Shown here: positions 26,561 through 35,450 of the stretch, piece after piece
How positions within the stretch are numbered: position 1 is the first letter of the stretch
Layout of the letters: each line of letters starts with the position of its first letter
Assembly: GCA_900753165.1 (NCBI GenBank)
Contig: CAADYC010000054.1
Location: 1 to 41,227 of the forward strand
Length of the DNA stretch: 41,227 nucleotides
From: Clostridia bacterium
GTDB taxonomy: Bacteria > Bacillota > Clostridia > TANB77 > CAG-508
Direction: 5' to 3'
Translations under genes and position numbers: made by a program
Notes under the pieces: generated by a model
The model's database searches: none
Seen by the model: the letters and a program-made list of their open reading frames with translations, nothing else
Told to the model about the DNA's origin: nothing

Positions 26561-26651
26561 TTATAAGAGAAAAAATAAACAATAAAAATGGAATATTATA
26601 GCAAAAATTGATGATTTTAGAATTATTAAAAATGAAGGGAAGAAAATAAAA

Positions 26652-27338
26652 ATGATAGAATTCAGAAATGTATCAAAAACATATGATACAGGAACAAAAG
26701 CCGTAAAAAATGCAAATTTTGTAATAGACAAAGGGGAATTTGCATTTCTTGTTGGAACATCAGGAAGTGGAAAATCAACATTAATAAAATTAATATTAAA
26801 AGAAGAAGAACCAACATCAGGAAATATAATAATAAACGGAAAAGATACAACATTCTTAAAACAAAGCAGAGTACCATATTTAAGAAGAAGTATGGGAGTT
26901 GTGTTCCAAGACTTTAGATTATTACCAGACAAAACAGTATATGACAATGTAGCATATGCAATGTATATAGTCAGAGCAACACCAAGACATATAAGAAGAC
27001 AAGTACCAATGGTATTATCATTAGTTGGATTAAGTGGAAAAGCCAAAATGTATCCAAACGAATTATCAGGAGGAGAACAACAAAGAGTTGCACTTGCAAG
27101 GGCATTAGTAAACAACCCATCAATGTTAATAGCAGACGAACCAACAGGAAACTTAGATCCAGATACTGCATGGGAAATAATGAATCTATTAAACGAAATA
27201 AATATGAGAGGTACAACAGTAGTAGTAGCAACACATGCAAAAGATATAGTTGATAAAATGAAAAAAAGAGTAATACACATTGAAAAAGGCAACATAGTAA
27301 GAGATGATAAAAAAGGTGGTTATGATAGTGAAATATAA
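26652..27338 (+). CDS. ftsE: Cell division ATP-binding protein FtsE
   Basis: 228 aa. Walker A GTSGSGKST, signature LSGGEQQRV, Walker B LIADEPTGNLD. It is followed by ftsX. Confidence 0.95.
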   Translation: MIEFRNVSKTYDTGTKAVKNANFVIDKGEFAFLVGTSGSGKSTLIKLILKEEEPTSGNIIINGKDTTFLKQSRVPYLRRSMGVVFQDFRLLPDKTVYDNVAYAMYIVRATPRHIRRQVPMVLSLVGLSGKAKMYPNELSGGEQQRVALARALVNNPSMLIADEPTGNLDPDTAWEIMNLLNEINMRGTTVVVATHAKDIVDKMKKRVIHIEKGNIVRDDKKGGYDSEI

Positions 27339-28224
27339 TATATTTGGATATTTAATAGGAGAAGGATTCAGTAACGTTTTTAAAAATAAAAAATCAACAG
27401 GAGCATCATTAATGATAATGTGTGCAACAATGATAATATTTGGAATTTTCTTAATTTTAGGTGAAAATATAAATCACTTTGTAGACCAAATTAAGTCAGA
27501 ACAAGGCTTTCAAGTGTTTTTAAAAACAGATGCAACAGATGATGAAATACAAAAAGTTGGAGAAGAAATAAGAGAAATAAATGGAGTTAGTACAGCAGAA
27601 TATAAAGATAAAACATATGCTTTAAATACAATGAAAGAAAAATTAGGAGATAAGTCAGAATTAATAGAAGGTTATGGACCAGACTATTTTCCACCATCTT
27701 ATGTTGTTACATTAACAGACTTAAATATGAGTAAAGATGTACAAAATAAAATAATGGAATTTGACAATGTTACTAAAATTACAAGTAGTGATAAAACAGT
27801 ATCAACATTATTAAGTTTAGCTAGAGGAATAAAGGCAGTTACAGGGGTGATATTGGTATTATTGATAGTTATATCAATATTTATTATATCAAATACTATA
27901 AAATTAACAGTTCATGCAAGAAGAAAAGAAATATCAATAATGAAATATGTTGGAGCAACAAACAATTTTATAAGATGGCCATTTATAGTAGAAGGTATGA
28001 TAATAGGAATATTAGCCAGTGCAATTTCAATTGTAATTGTAGGAGGAGCGTACAGTTTACTTGCAGAACAAGCAGTTAATGCAGGATTTATGAAAACAAT
28101 AAACATGAGTTTAGTAGGATTTAGAGATATGATTTCATCAATAATTTTTGTATACATGTTATTAGGAATAGGAATAGGAGTCTTAGGAAGTGTAATCTCA
28201 ATGAGAAAATATTTAAAAGTATAA
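27328..28224 (+). CDS. ftsX: Cell division permease-like protein FtsX
   Basis: Four TM segments with a large first extracytoplasmic loop. I prefer the GTG 27328 start (8 nt after AGGTGG). ATG 27322 and 27304 are alternatives. It overlaps the ftsE stop. Confidence 0.85.
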   Translation: MKYNIFGYLIGEGFSNVFKNKKSTGASLMIMCATMIIFGIFLILGENINHFVDQIKSEQGFQVFLKTDATDDEIQKVGEEIREINGVSTAEYKDKTYALNTMKEKLGDKSELIEGYGPDYFPPSYVVTLTDLNMSKDVQNKIMEFDNVTKITSSDKTVSTLLSLARGIKAVTGVILVLLIVISIFIISNTIKLTVHARRKEISIMKYVGATNNFIRWPFIVEGMIIGILASAISIVIVGGAYSLLAEQAVNAGFMKTINMSLVGFRDMISSIIFVYMLLGIGIGVLGSVISMRKYLKV

Positions 28225-28299
28225 TTAATAGATCAAGATTTGACAGACAAAATTTTTGAAAAGATTTTGAATGACGATAAGCGAACGAAGGGAGAAAAC

Positions 28300-29502
28300 A
28301 TGCGTAAGAATTTATGTATTGTTTTAATCATACTAATTTGTTTTGCAACAATATACACAAATACATATGCAGACAACGAAACAGAAAATAACACAGTAGA
28401 CTTACAAACACAAAGAAGCGATTTACAAAATCAATTAAATGAGGCAAATGGACAGCTAAATGAAGTACAAAGCAATCTATCAGAAAATCTACAACAAGTA
28501 GAAAAACTAGATAGCAGAATAGAAACAGCAGAGCAAGAGTTAGCAGAACAAGAAAGTAAGATTACAGAATTGAAAGAATCTATTGAACAAATAGAAACAC
28601 AATTAAATAGTGTAACTGAAAAATACGATAAACAGGTAGAATTATTCAAAAAAAGAATGGTAGCAATTTATATGGCAGGAGATACCCAATATTTGGATGT
28701 TTTGCTAAAATCTTCAAGTTTATCTGATTTTATATCTAGTTATTATCTAATATCTCAATTAACAGAAATAGATGAAAATTTGTTAAATGATTTGGAAACT
28801 AAAAAGAAAACAATGGATTTATCAAGGCAAAAGTTAGAAAATGAAAAAAAAGAATTAGCTACAATTATAGAAAATCAAACAAGAACAACAAGGACATTGC
28901 AAAATACAAAAAAAATGAGAGAAAATTTTATTGCTAAACTTTCAGATGACGAAAAAAATCTACAGGCAAAAATAGATGAAATAAATAAGCAATATGAAGA
29001 AGTAAATCAACAAATATTAGCATTAGCACAAAATGGAATAGATACGGCATATATTGGTGGAGAATTAGCATGGCCAGTTCCAGGATATACAAGAATTACA
29101 TCAAAATATGCAATGAGAGTTCACCCAATAACAGGACAATATAAATTACATACAGGTGTCGATATAGGGGCACCATTAGGAGCAAATTTTGTTGCAGCAA
29201 ATGATGGAGTTGTAGTAAAAGCAGGGCCAAATGTAGCATATGGAAATATGGTTATAATTGACCATGGAGGAGGAATTTCAACATTATATGCACATGGATC
29301 AGAAATTTTAGTTGAAGTTGGACAAACAGTAAAAAGAGGAGACCCTATTTTAAAAGTAGGTTCAACAGGATATTCTACAGGACCACATGCACATTTTGAA
29401 GTTAGAATAAATGGAGTTACAACAGACCCATTACCATATATAACAAATGGATTAATCCCTGGTGAAAATAATGAGAGTGATAATAATACTATTACAAACT
29501 GA
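28300..29502 (+). CDS. Secreted coiled-coil M23 (LytM-type) peptidase, EnvC/PcsB-like architecture
   Basis: Start at ATG 28300 (RBS AAGGGAG). Signal peptide. About 250 aa of coiled coil. The M23 domain has intact HTGVD (HxxxD) and PHAHFEVR (HxH) motifs. Confidence 0.85.
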   Translation: MRKNLCIVLIILICFATIYTNTYADNETENNTVDLQTQRSDLQNQLNEANGQLNEVQSNLSENLQQVEKLDSRIETAEQELAEQESKITELKESIEQIETQLNSVTEKYDKQVELFKKRMVAIYMAGDTQYLDVLLKSSSLSDFISSYYLISQLTEIDENLLNDLETKKKTMDLSRQKLENEKKELATIIENQTRTTRTLQNTKKMRENFIAKLSDDEKNLQAKIDEINKQYEEVNQQILALAQNGIDTAYIGGELAWPVPGYTRITSKYAMRVHPITGQYKLHTGVDIGAPLGANFVAANDGVVVKAGPNVAYGNMVIIDHGGGISTLYAHGSEILVEVGQTVKRGDPILKVGSTGYSTGPHAHFEVRINGVTTDPLPYITNGLIPGENNESDNNTITN

Positions 29503-29542
29503 ACTGTAACAGGAGAAAAACAAAGAGGAGTGAAAGAAACAT

Positions 29543-30802
29543 ATGAAAAATATATGTAAAAAAATTATAGGAATGTTTTTAATATCGATTTTATTAGTAA
29601 GTACAAATGTGTCATTAGCTGCTACACAAGCAGATATTGATTCTAACCAAAAGAAAATAAATGAAGCAGAAGAAAAACAAAAGCAAGTTGAAAGTGATAA
29701 AACAGAAGCTATGAAACAAGTGGATACATTAAATTCAAAAATTGACGATTATGAAACACAAATAAGTGACTTAGACTCTAAAATAGCTGATGCAAATACA
29801 AAAATAAAAGAAGAAGAAAAAAAATTAGCACAAGCAGAGCAGGACTATAAGGAACAAGAAGAATTAATAAAGAAAAGAATGGTAGCAGTATATACATCAG
29901 GTGATACTTCATATTTAGATGTTTTACTAAGCTCAAAAAATTTATCTGATTTTATTTCTAGTTACTATTTAGTATCAGAAGTTACTAAAATGGATGCAGA
30001 ATTATTAGATAAAATTCAAAAACAAAAAGAAGAAATTGAAACATCAAAGAAAGAAATTGAGAATAATAAAGAATCTTTAACTGCATCAAAAACAGAAAAA
30101 GAAAGTGTAAATAGTCAATTAAAAGAAGCTAAAACTGAAAAAGATAAATATGTTGCTCAACTATCTGACCAGGAAAAAGAGTTAGAACAAGAAATACAAC
30201 AATTAAAACAAGATAATGCTAAAATAGCAAATGAAATTAAACAAGCAGAAATAGCATACAAAAAGCAATTAGAGGAATTGAAAAGACAACAAGAAGCAGC
30301 AAATAATCAAAAAAATAATAATAGCAATAATAATAGTAATAGTGGAAAAAATAACAATAATAGCGGTTCAAAAACACCAACGGGATCTGGATATTTCATG
30401 AAGCCGGTTAGTGGAGGTAAAATTTCTACAAATGGATATTATTCAAGTGGTAAATTTCATGGTGCAATAGATTATGCTATTTCATCTGGAAGTCCTGTAT
30501 ATGCAGCAGCAGCAGGTGTTGTAATGGTAACAGATAATTTGACATCAAGTTATGGTACATATGTTGTAATTAGACATGCAAATGGAATGCAATCATATTA
30601 TGGACATGGTACAAGAGGTTCAATATGTGTTTCACCTGGACAAATTGTAAGTAAAGGACAACAAATTATGCTTAGTGGAAGTACAGGAAATTCATCTGGT
30701 CCACATTTACATTTTGAGTTACGAGTATCACCATACAGTTATAAATACAGTGCTACAGCATATGGACAAGACTCAAGAGTTAATCCTTTAAATTATATGT
30801 AA
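29543..30802 (+). CDS. Second secreted coiled-coil M23 peptidase (paralogue of the preceding gene)
   Basis: Signal peptide and coiled coil. It shares the block KKRMVAVYTSGDTSYLDVLL..SDFISSYYL with its neighbour. N/S-rich linker. The M23 domain has HGAID and PHLHFELR. Confidence 0.85.
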   Translation: MKNICKKIIGMFLISILLVSTNVSLAATQADIDSNQKKINEAEEKQKQVESDKTEAMKQVDTLNSKIDDYETQISDLDSKIADANTKIKEEEKKLAQAEQDYKEQEELIKKRMVAVYTSGDTSYLDVLLSSKNLSDFISSYYLVSEVTKMDAELLDKIQKQKEEIETSKKEIENNKESLTASKTEKESVNSQLKEAKTEKDKYVAQLSDQEKELEQEIQQLKQDNAKIANEIKQAEIAYKKQLEELKRQQEAANNQKNNNSNNNSNSGKNNNNSGSKTPTGSGYFMKPVSGGKISTNGYYSSGKFHGAIDYAISSGSPVYAAAAGVVMVTDNLTSSYGTYVVIRHANGMQSYYGHGTRGSICVSPGQIVSKGQQIMLSGSTGNSSGPHLHFELRVSPYSYKYSATAYGQDSRVNPLNYM

Positions 30803-30886
30803 TTTATACATAAAATAAAAAATATATAATATTTTATAAAGAGCGGAGTATATCCGCTCAAAATTTATGAAAGGTGTAGGTAAAAA

Positions 30887-32092
30887 ATGGAAAAACAAAA
30901 AAAATACAAAATTTATAGAATGATAATGATAGTTGTATTAACTGCATTTATAACATTTATGATTACATCAATATCATTATATACTTATTTTACAAAAAAT
31001 CCATTATCTATTTCGTTAAATACTTCAGGCTATAATAAGCTTGCTGTTACATTAGAAAAATATAAAGAAATAATAAATAAATATTATTTAGGCGAAGTAG
31101 ATGAAACAAAATTGCAAGAGGGTGCAATAAAAGGATATATAGAAGGACTAGGAGATCCATATACAGAATATATTTCAAAAGAAGATATGGATAGTTATTT
31201 AGATGATACAATGGGAAATTTTGTTGGAATAGGTATATATATGATAAAAAATACTCAATATGATAGAATACAAGTTTTATCAACAATAAAAGGAAGTCCA
31301 GCAGAAAAAGCAGGAATACAAGCAGGTGACCTTATAGTTTCTGTAGATGGAATTGAGTATAAGGCAAGTGATATGACAACAGCTTCTAATAATATTAAAG
31401 GTAAAGAAGGAACAGCAGTAACAGTTGAAATATTGAGAGGTGTTCAAAATTTAAAATTTGATATAACAAGGGAAAAGGTTAAAGTAAATCAAGTAGAAGG
31501 AAAAGTTCTTACAGACAATATAGGATATATTAAATTTACTTCATTTGATGAAACAACCGCAGAAGATTTTAAAGCAAAATATGAAGAACTTGCTAAACAA
31601 AATATAAAGTCATTAATAATAGATTTAAGAAATAATGGTGGAGGAATAGTTGACCAAGCATTAGAGATAGCAGATTATATGACAGATAAAGATTCAGTCT
31701 TATTATATGAAGTGGATAAAAATAATAAAGAAACAGTAAAAAAAGCAAAAGAAGATGCAATAATAAATATGCCAATTATTATATTGACAAATGAAAATAC
31801 AGCTAGTGCTTCAGAAATATTAGCAGGTGCATTAAAAGATTTAGGAAAAGCTAAAACAGTAGGAACAACAACATATGGAAAAGGTGTAATTCAACAAATT
31901 CTAAAATTAAATGATGGAAGTGGATTGAAAATTACAATTGAAGAATATCAAACACCTAATAGAAACAAAATAAATAAAATTGGAATAGAACCAGATGAAA
32001 AGGTGGAATTACCTGAAACTGTTGAAAATCCTTTAATTGTTAAAGAAAATGAAGATACTCAATTACAAAAAGCAATTGAAATGTTGAAATAA
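30887..32092 (+). CDS. ctpA: Carboxy-terminal processing protease (S41 family, PDZ domain)
   Basis: 401 aa. N-terminal TM anchor. PDZ segment (GSPAEKAGIQAGDLIVSVDG). S41 catalytic region NENTASASEI...TYGKG. Confidence 0.85.
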   Translation: MEKQKKYKIYRMIMIVVLTAFITFMITSISLYTYFTKNPLSISLNTSGYNKLAVTLEKYKEIINKYYLGEVDETKLQEGAIKGYIEGLGDPYTEYISKEDMDSYLDDTMGNFVGIGIYMIKNTQYDRIQVLSTIKGSPAEKAGIQAGDLIVSVDGIEYKASDMTTASNNIKGKEGTAVTVEILRGVQNLKFDITREKVKVNQVEGKVLTDNIGYIKFTSFDETTAEDFKAKYEELAKQNIKSLIIDLRNNGGGIVDQALEIADYMTDKDSVLLYEVDKNNKETVKKAKEDAIINMPIIILTNENTASASEILAGALKDLGKAKTVGTTTYGKGVIQQILKLNDGSGLKITIEEYQTPNRNKINKIGIEPDEKVELPETVENPLIVKENEDTQLQKAIEMLK

Positions 32093-32115
32093 AAAATAAC
32101 GGAAGGTTTGGAAAA

Positions 32116-32751
32116 ATGAATTTAGCAAATAAATTAACAATTTTTAGAATAATATTAGTCCCAATAATGGTTATAATACCATTTTTGGGAATACAAGGAA
32201 ATATATTGGGAATACCAATCTCATATTTAATAATTGATTTAATTTTTGTAATTGCATCAATTACAGATAAATTAGATGGATATATAGCAAGAAGTAGAAA
32301 TCAAGTAACAACATTTGGAAAATTTTTGGATCCGTTAGCAGATAAAATATTAGTCTTAACTGCAATGATTATGCTTGTAGAAATGGGTAAAATACCAGCA
32401 TGGATACCAGTAATAGTACTATTTAGAGAATTTATTGTTTCAGGATATAGATTAATAGCAGTAGAAAAAGGTGGAAAAGTTATTGCAGCATCAGTTTGGG
32501 GAAAATTAAAGACAGTTACACAGATGATAGCTATAATATTAATATTTATTGATAAATTTAATTTCTTTGATTTTGCAAAAGCAACAACAGATGCTAAAGT
32601 TGCAATGGAAAGTAGTTATATGATTTATATGAATCAAGGTTGTATAATATTTAATGCTATTACATCAATATGTTTATTAGTATCTGTAATTGCAACAATT
32701 TTTTCAGGATATGAATATTTAAAGGATGGAAAAGACTTATTTAAAGATTAA
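32116..32751 (+). CDS. pgsA: CDP-diacylglycerol--glycerol-3-phosphate 3-phosphatidyltransferase
   Basis: 211 aa polytopic protein with the CDP-alcohol phosphatidyltransferase motif DGYIARSRNQVTTFGKFLDPLADK. Confidence 0.85.
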   Translation: MNLANKLTIFRIILVPIMVIIPFLGIQGNILGIPISYLIIDLIFVIASITDKLDGYIARSRNQVTTFGKFLDPLADKILVLTAMIMLVEMGKIPAWIPVIVLFREFIVSGYRLIAVEKGGKVIAASVWGKLKTVTQMIAIILIFIDKFNFFDFAKATTDAKVAMESSYMIYMNQGCIIFNAITSICLLVSVIATIFSGYEYLKDGKDLFKD

Positions 32752-32765
32752 TTTTGCAAAAAAAC

Positions 32766-32794
32766 TTGACAAATTAAAAAATCTGCCTTAATAT
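32766..32794 (+). promoter_or_regulatory. Sigma-A-type promoter of greA
   Basis: TTGACA (32766-32771), 17 nt, TAATAT (32789-32794). Confidence 0.45.
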
Positions 32795-32867
32795 AGTATA
32801 AGTTTTGATGTTATTTTTAACATTAATTATTAATATAACTAATTATAACGATTTTGGAGGTTATGAA

Positions 32868-33344
32868 ATGGAAGAAAAAGATGTAATCCTTACACAAGAA
32901 GGGTATGATAATTTAGATAAAGAATTGAATTATTTAAAAACAGAAAAAAGAGCTGAAATAGCAGAGAGAATAAAAGTAGCTTTAGGTTTTGGAGATTTAT
33001 CAGAAAATTCAGAATATGATGAAGCGAAAACAGCTCAAGCAGAAAATGAAGTAAAAATAGCAGAATTAGAAAATAAATTAAGACATGCTAAAATAATTGA
33101 TGAAAAAGAAATTGATACAGATACAGTTCAAATAGGAAATACAGTAAAAGTATTAGATGTTGAATTTGATGAAGAAGTTGAGTATACAATAGTTGGTTCA
33201 ACAGAAGTTGATTTAGCTGAAAATAAAATTTCTAATGAATCACCTTTAGGTGCTGCATTATTAGGGGCTAAAAAGAAACAAACAGTAGATGTAAATGCTC
33301 CAGCTGGAATAATGAAATATAAAATATTAGATATAAAGAAATAA
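32868..33344 (+). CDS. greA: Transcription elongation factor GreA
   Basis: Start at ATG 32868 (RBS GGAGG). 158 aa. Motifs [17 protein letters not shown] and [13 protein letters not shown]. Confidence 0.95.
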   Translation: MEEKDVILTQEGYDNLDKELNYLKTEKRAEIAERIKVALGFGDLSENSEYDEAKTAQAENEVKIAELENKLRHAKIIDEKEIDTDTVQIGNTVKVLDVEFDEEVEYTIVGSTEVDLAENKISNESPLGAALLGAKKKQTVDVNAPAGIMKYKILDIKK

Positions 33345-33349
33345 AGAAT

Positions 33350-33376
33350 GGGAGAAATATCTTCCTTTCTTTTTTC
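33350..33376 (+). terminator. Weak intrinsic terminator of greA, forming the outermost part of the large palindrome
   Basis: GGGAG(33350-33354)/CTTCC(33361-33365) with one G-U pair, then TTTCTTTTTT. Confidence 0.35.
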
Positions 33377-33378
33377 AT

Positions 33379-33754
33379 TATATGGTCAGATACCTAATTC
33401 TTTTTAATATTATCCGTTTCATTACATTCAAAAAGAAAAATCTAATATAAAAAAATGAGCCTCTCTCACTCAGTCATTTAGATTATTATGAATAGTTTTA
33501 ATATATTTCGAATGTGACCGAAATAGTTATACAAATTATTAAGAAAATACTCTAAAGGGTCCTGTATTCGGGGTTTGTTAGAGTATTTTCTTTATAATTT
33601 GTTAACGTTATGCAGGGTAACTGAGAAAATATATTAAAACTATTCATAATAATCTAAATACCGTGAGCATTCCTCATCTTTTTATACAAGATTTTCTATT
33701 TTTCATTTCAATCAAACGTATAATATTAAAAAGAATTAGGTATCTGACCATATA
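33379..33754. repeat. Foldback element 3: 376-nt imperfect palindrome with perfectly complementary blocks of 35, 33 and 15 nt
   Basis: 33379-33413 pairs with 33720-33754. 33476-33508 pairs with 33627-33659. 33541-33555 pairs with 33578-33592 (23 bp with 1 mismatch). The common symmetry centre is near 33567. No ORF with an RBS lies inside. Confidence 0.85.
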
Positions 33755-33786
33755 CAAAAAAAGAGAAGGAAGAGCTATTTTCTTCC
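33755..33786 (-). terminator. Intrinsic terminator of deoD, mirror copy of the greA terminator
   Basis: On the minus strand: GGAAGA/TCTTCC (plus-strand 33781-33786 / 33768-33773), followed by TTCTCTTTTTTTG. Confidence 0.45.
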
Positions 33787-33797
33787 CCCCTCAATTC

Positions 33798-34520
33798 TTA
33801 AATTTTTATAGCAGAATCTAATGCAAGTTTTATCATATTATTTAGACCAGTTTGACGTTCTTCAGGGGTTGCAATATCTTTAATATATTTTGAATCTACT
33901 ACACTCATTAAGCAAGAAGCTCTTTTATTTAGTAATTTAGCATTATAAAATAAAGCAAAAGCTTCCATTTCAGCAGCAACTGGATTAAAACCATCTGGAA
34001 TCCTATCTAAAAATTTATTTACATCAGTCATATAAACATCAAAACAATCAGTACAAACAGTATTACCAGAAACAATATTTATATCACACTCTTTAGCAAT
34101 ATTTTTAATTATAGAATTAAGCTCATTACTAGAAGAAACAATGTGGCAATTATCATTATTTAAAGTCAAAGCATAATTACTTTCAGAAAAAACATTTTCA
34201 CTTAAAATAATATCAAATAATTTAAGTTCTGGTTTATATCCTCCGCAAGAACCAATTCTAATAATATTTTCTACATCATAAAATTTAAATAATTCATAAG
34301 TATAAATACCAACACTTGGCATTCCCATACCATGTGCCATTACTGTTAATTCTTTTCCTTTATAAGTTCCAGTATATGCATACATTCCTCTAACTTGATT
34401 TACAAGTTTGTAATTTTCCATAAAATTTTCAGCAATATATTTTGCTCTTAATGGGTCTCCTGGCATTATTACTGTTTTAGCAATATCACCTTTGTTTGCT
34501 TCATTATGTGGTGTTGACAT
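33798..34520 (-). CDS. deoD: Purine nucleoside phosphorylase, DeoD type
   Basis: 240 aa. MSTPHNEA...VIMPGDPLRAKYIAENF and GHGMGMPS closely resemble E. coli/Bacillus DeoD. RBS AGGAGGAG. Confidence 0.92.
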   Translation of the reverse strand: MSTPHNEANKGDIAKTVIMPGDPLRAKYIAENFMENYKLVNQVRGMYAYTGTYKGKELTVMAHGMGMPSVGIYTYELFKFYDVENIIRIGSCGGYKPELKLFDIILSENVFSESNYALTLNNDNCHIVSSSNELNSIIKNIAKECDINIVSGNTVCTDCFDVYMTDVNKFLDRIPDGFNPVAAEMEAFALFYNAKLLNKRASCLMSVVDSKYIKDIATPEERQTGLNNMIKLALDSAIKI

Positions 34521-34592
34521 ATAAAACTCCTCCTTTGTGTTTTTTTGATATTATATCATAAAAAAATAAAAAAGCAATTATGATAAAAAATA

Positions 34593-34621
34593 TTGCAAAA
34601 AACAGTAAGTTATGATATAAA
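34593..34621 (+). promoter_or_regulatory. Sigma-A-type promoter of stp-prkC
   Basis: TTGCAA (34593-34598), 17 nt, TATAAA (34616-34621). Confidence 0.4.
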
Positions 34622-34667
34622 ATAGAAGAAAGCAAATAAGCTAATACAAAAGAACAGAGGTGAAATT

Positions 34668-35402
34668 ATGATAAAAGCTTATGCAAAATCTGATAAGGGA
34701 AATGTCAGAGAAACAAACGAAGATTATTTTTATATTTCAAATTCACTAGACCAAGTTCAATTATATTTGTTAGCAGATGGAATGGGCGGATATAATGGCG
34801 GAGAAATAGCAAGCCAATTAGCTGTTCAAACAGCAAAAAATTATATAGAAAATAATTTTAAAGATATAGAGAAAGACAGAGATAGTATAATACAATTATT
34901 AGGAAGTAGTATGGAATATGCCAATATGGTAGTATATGAAAAAGCAAAGGAAAATCCAGAATTACAAGGGATGGGAACAACATTAGAAATATGCTTAATA
35001 TATAATAATAAGGCTTATATAGGACATGTAGGAGATAGTAGAATATATAGAGTTAGAAAGCAATTTATACGTAAGTTAACACAAGACCATAGTTATGTAC
35101 AAAAATTAGTAAAAGAAGGTACAATAACAAAAGAACAAGCAGAACATCATCCTCAAAAAAATATGTTAATGAAAGCATTGGGATGTAATGCTTTTGTGGA
35201 ACCAGATGTTATGGTAAAAGGATTTTTAAAAGATGATATTTTAATTATGTGTTCAGATGGTTTATCAAATATGGTAGAACAACAAACTATATATGAAATG
35301 GCATCAAAAAATATAGAACAAGCAACTAAAGATTTGGTACAATTAGCAAAAGACAGAGGCGGTTACGACAATATAACAGTTGTAATTATAAAAAATATAT
35401 AA
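34668..35402 (+). CDS. prpC: PP2C-family Ser/Thr phosphatase (Stp/PrpC)
   Basis: 244 aa. Motifs RETNEDYF, LADGMGG, GDSRIY, SDGLSN, GGYDNITVV. Confidence 0.9.
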   Translation: MIKAYAKSDKGNVRETNEDYFYISNSLDQVQLYLLADGMGGYNGGEIASQLAVQTAKNYIENNFKDIEKDRDSIIQLLGSSMEYANMVVYEKAKENPELQGMGTTLEICLIYNNKAYIGHVGDSRIYRVRKQFIRKLTQDHSYVQKLVKEGTITKEQAEHHPQKNMLMKALGCNAFVEPDVMVKGFLKDDILIMCSDGLSNMVEQQTIYEMASKNIEQATKDLVQLAKDRGGYDNITVVIIKNI

Positions 35403-35450
35403 CGGTTTACATTATGGCGTAAAAACAATGTGATAAAAGGAGAGAGAAGT

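Noticed and set aside
26561-27295. Minus-strand 244-aa ORF (plus 26662-26877 and 26971-27240) opposite ftsE
   Set aside because: ftsE on the + strand has complete ABC motifs. The antisense ORFs have no RBS and no recognisable domain.
30296-30370. AAT/AGC-rich repetitive DNA as a tandem repeat or VNTR locus
   Set aside because: It is in frame within the second M23 peptidase and encodes an N/S/G-rich interdomain linker. It is not an independent element, although its length could vary between strains.
30841-30859. Hairpin GAGCGGA/TCCGCTC after the second M23 gene as an intrinsic terminator
   Set aside because: On the + strand it is followed by AAAATTT rather than a U-tract, and its orientation is ambiguous. 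It may still pause or stabilise the transcript, but I did not annotate it as a terminator.
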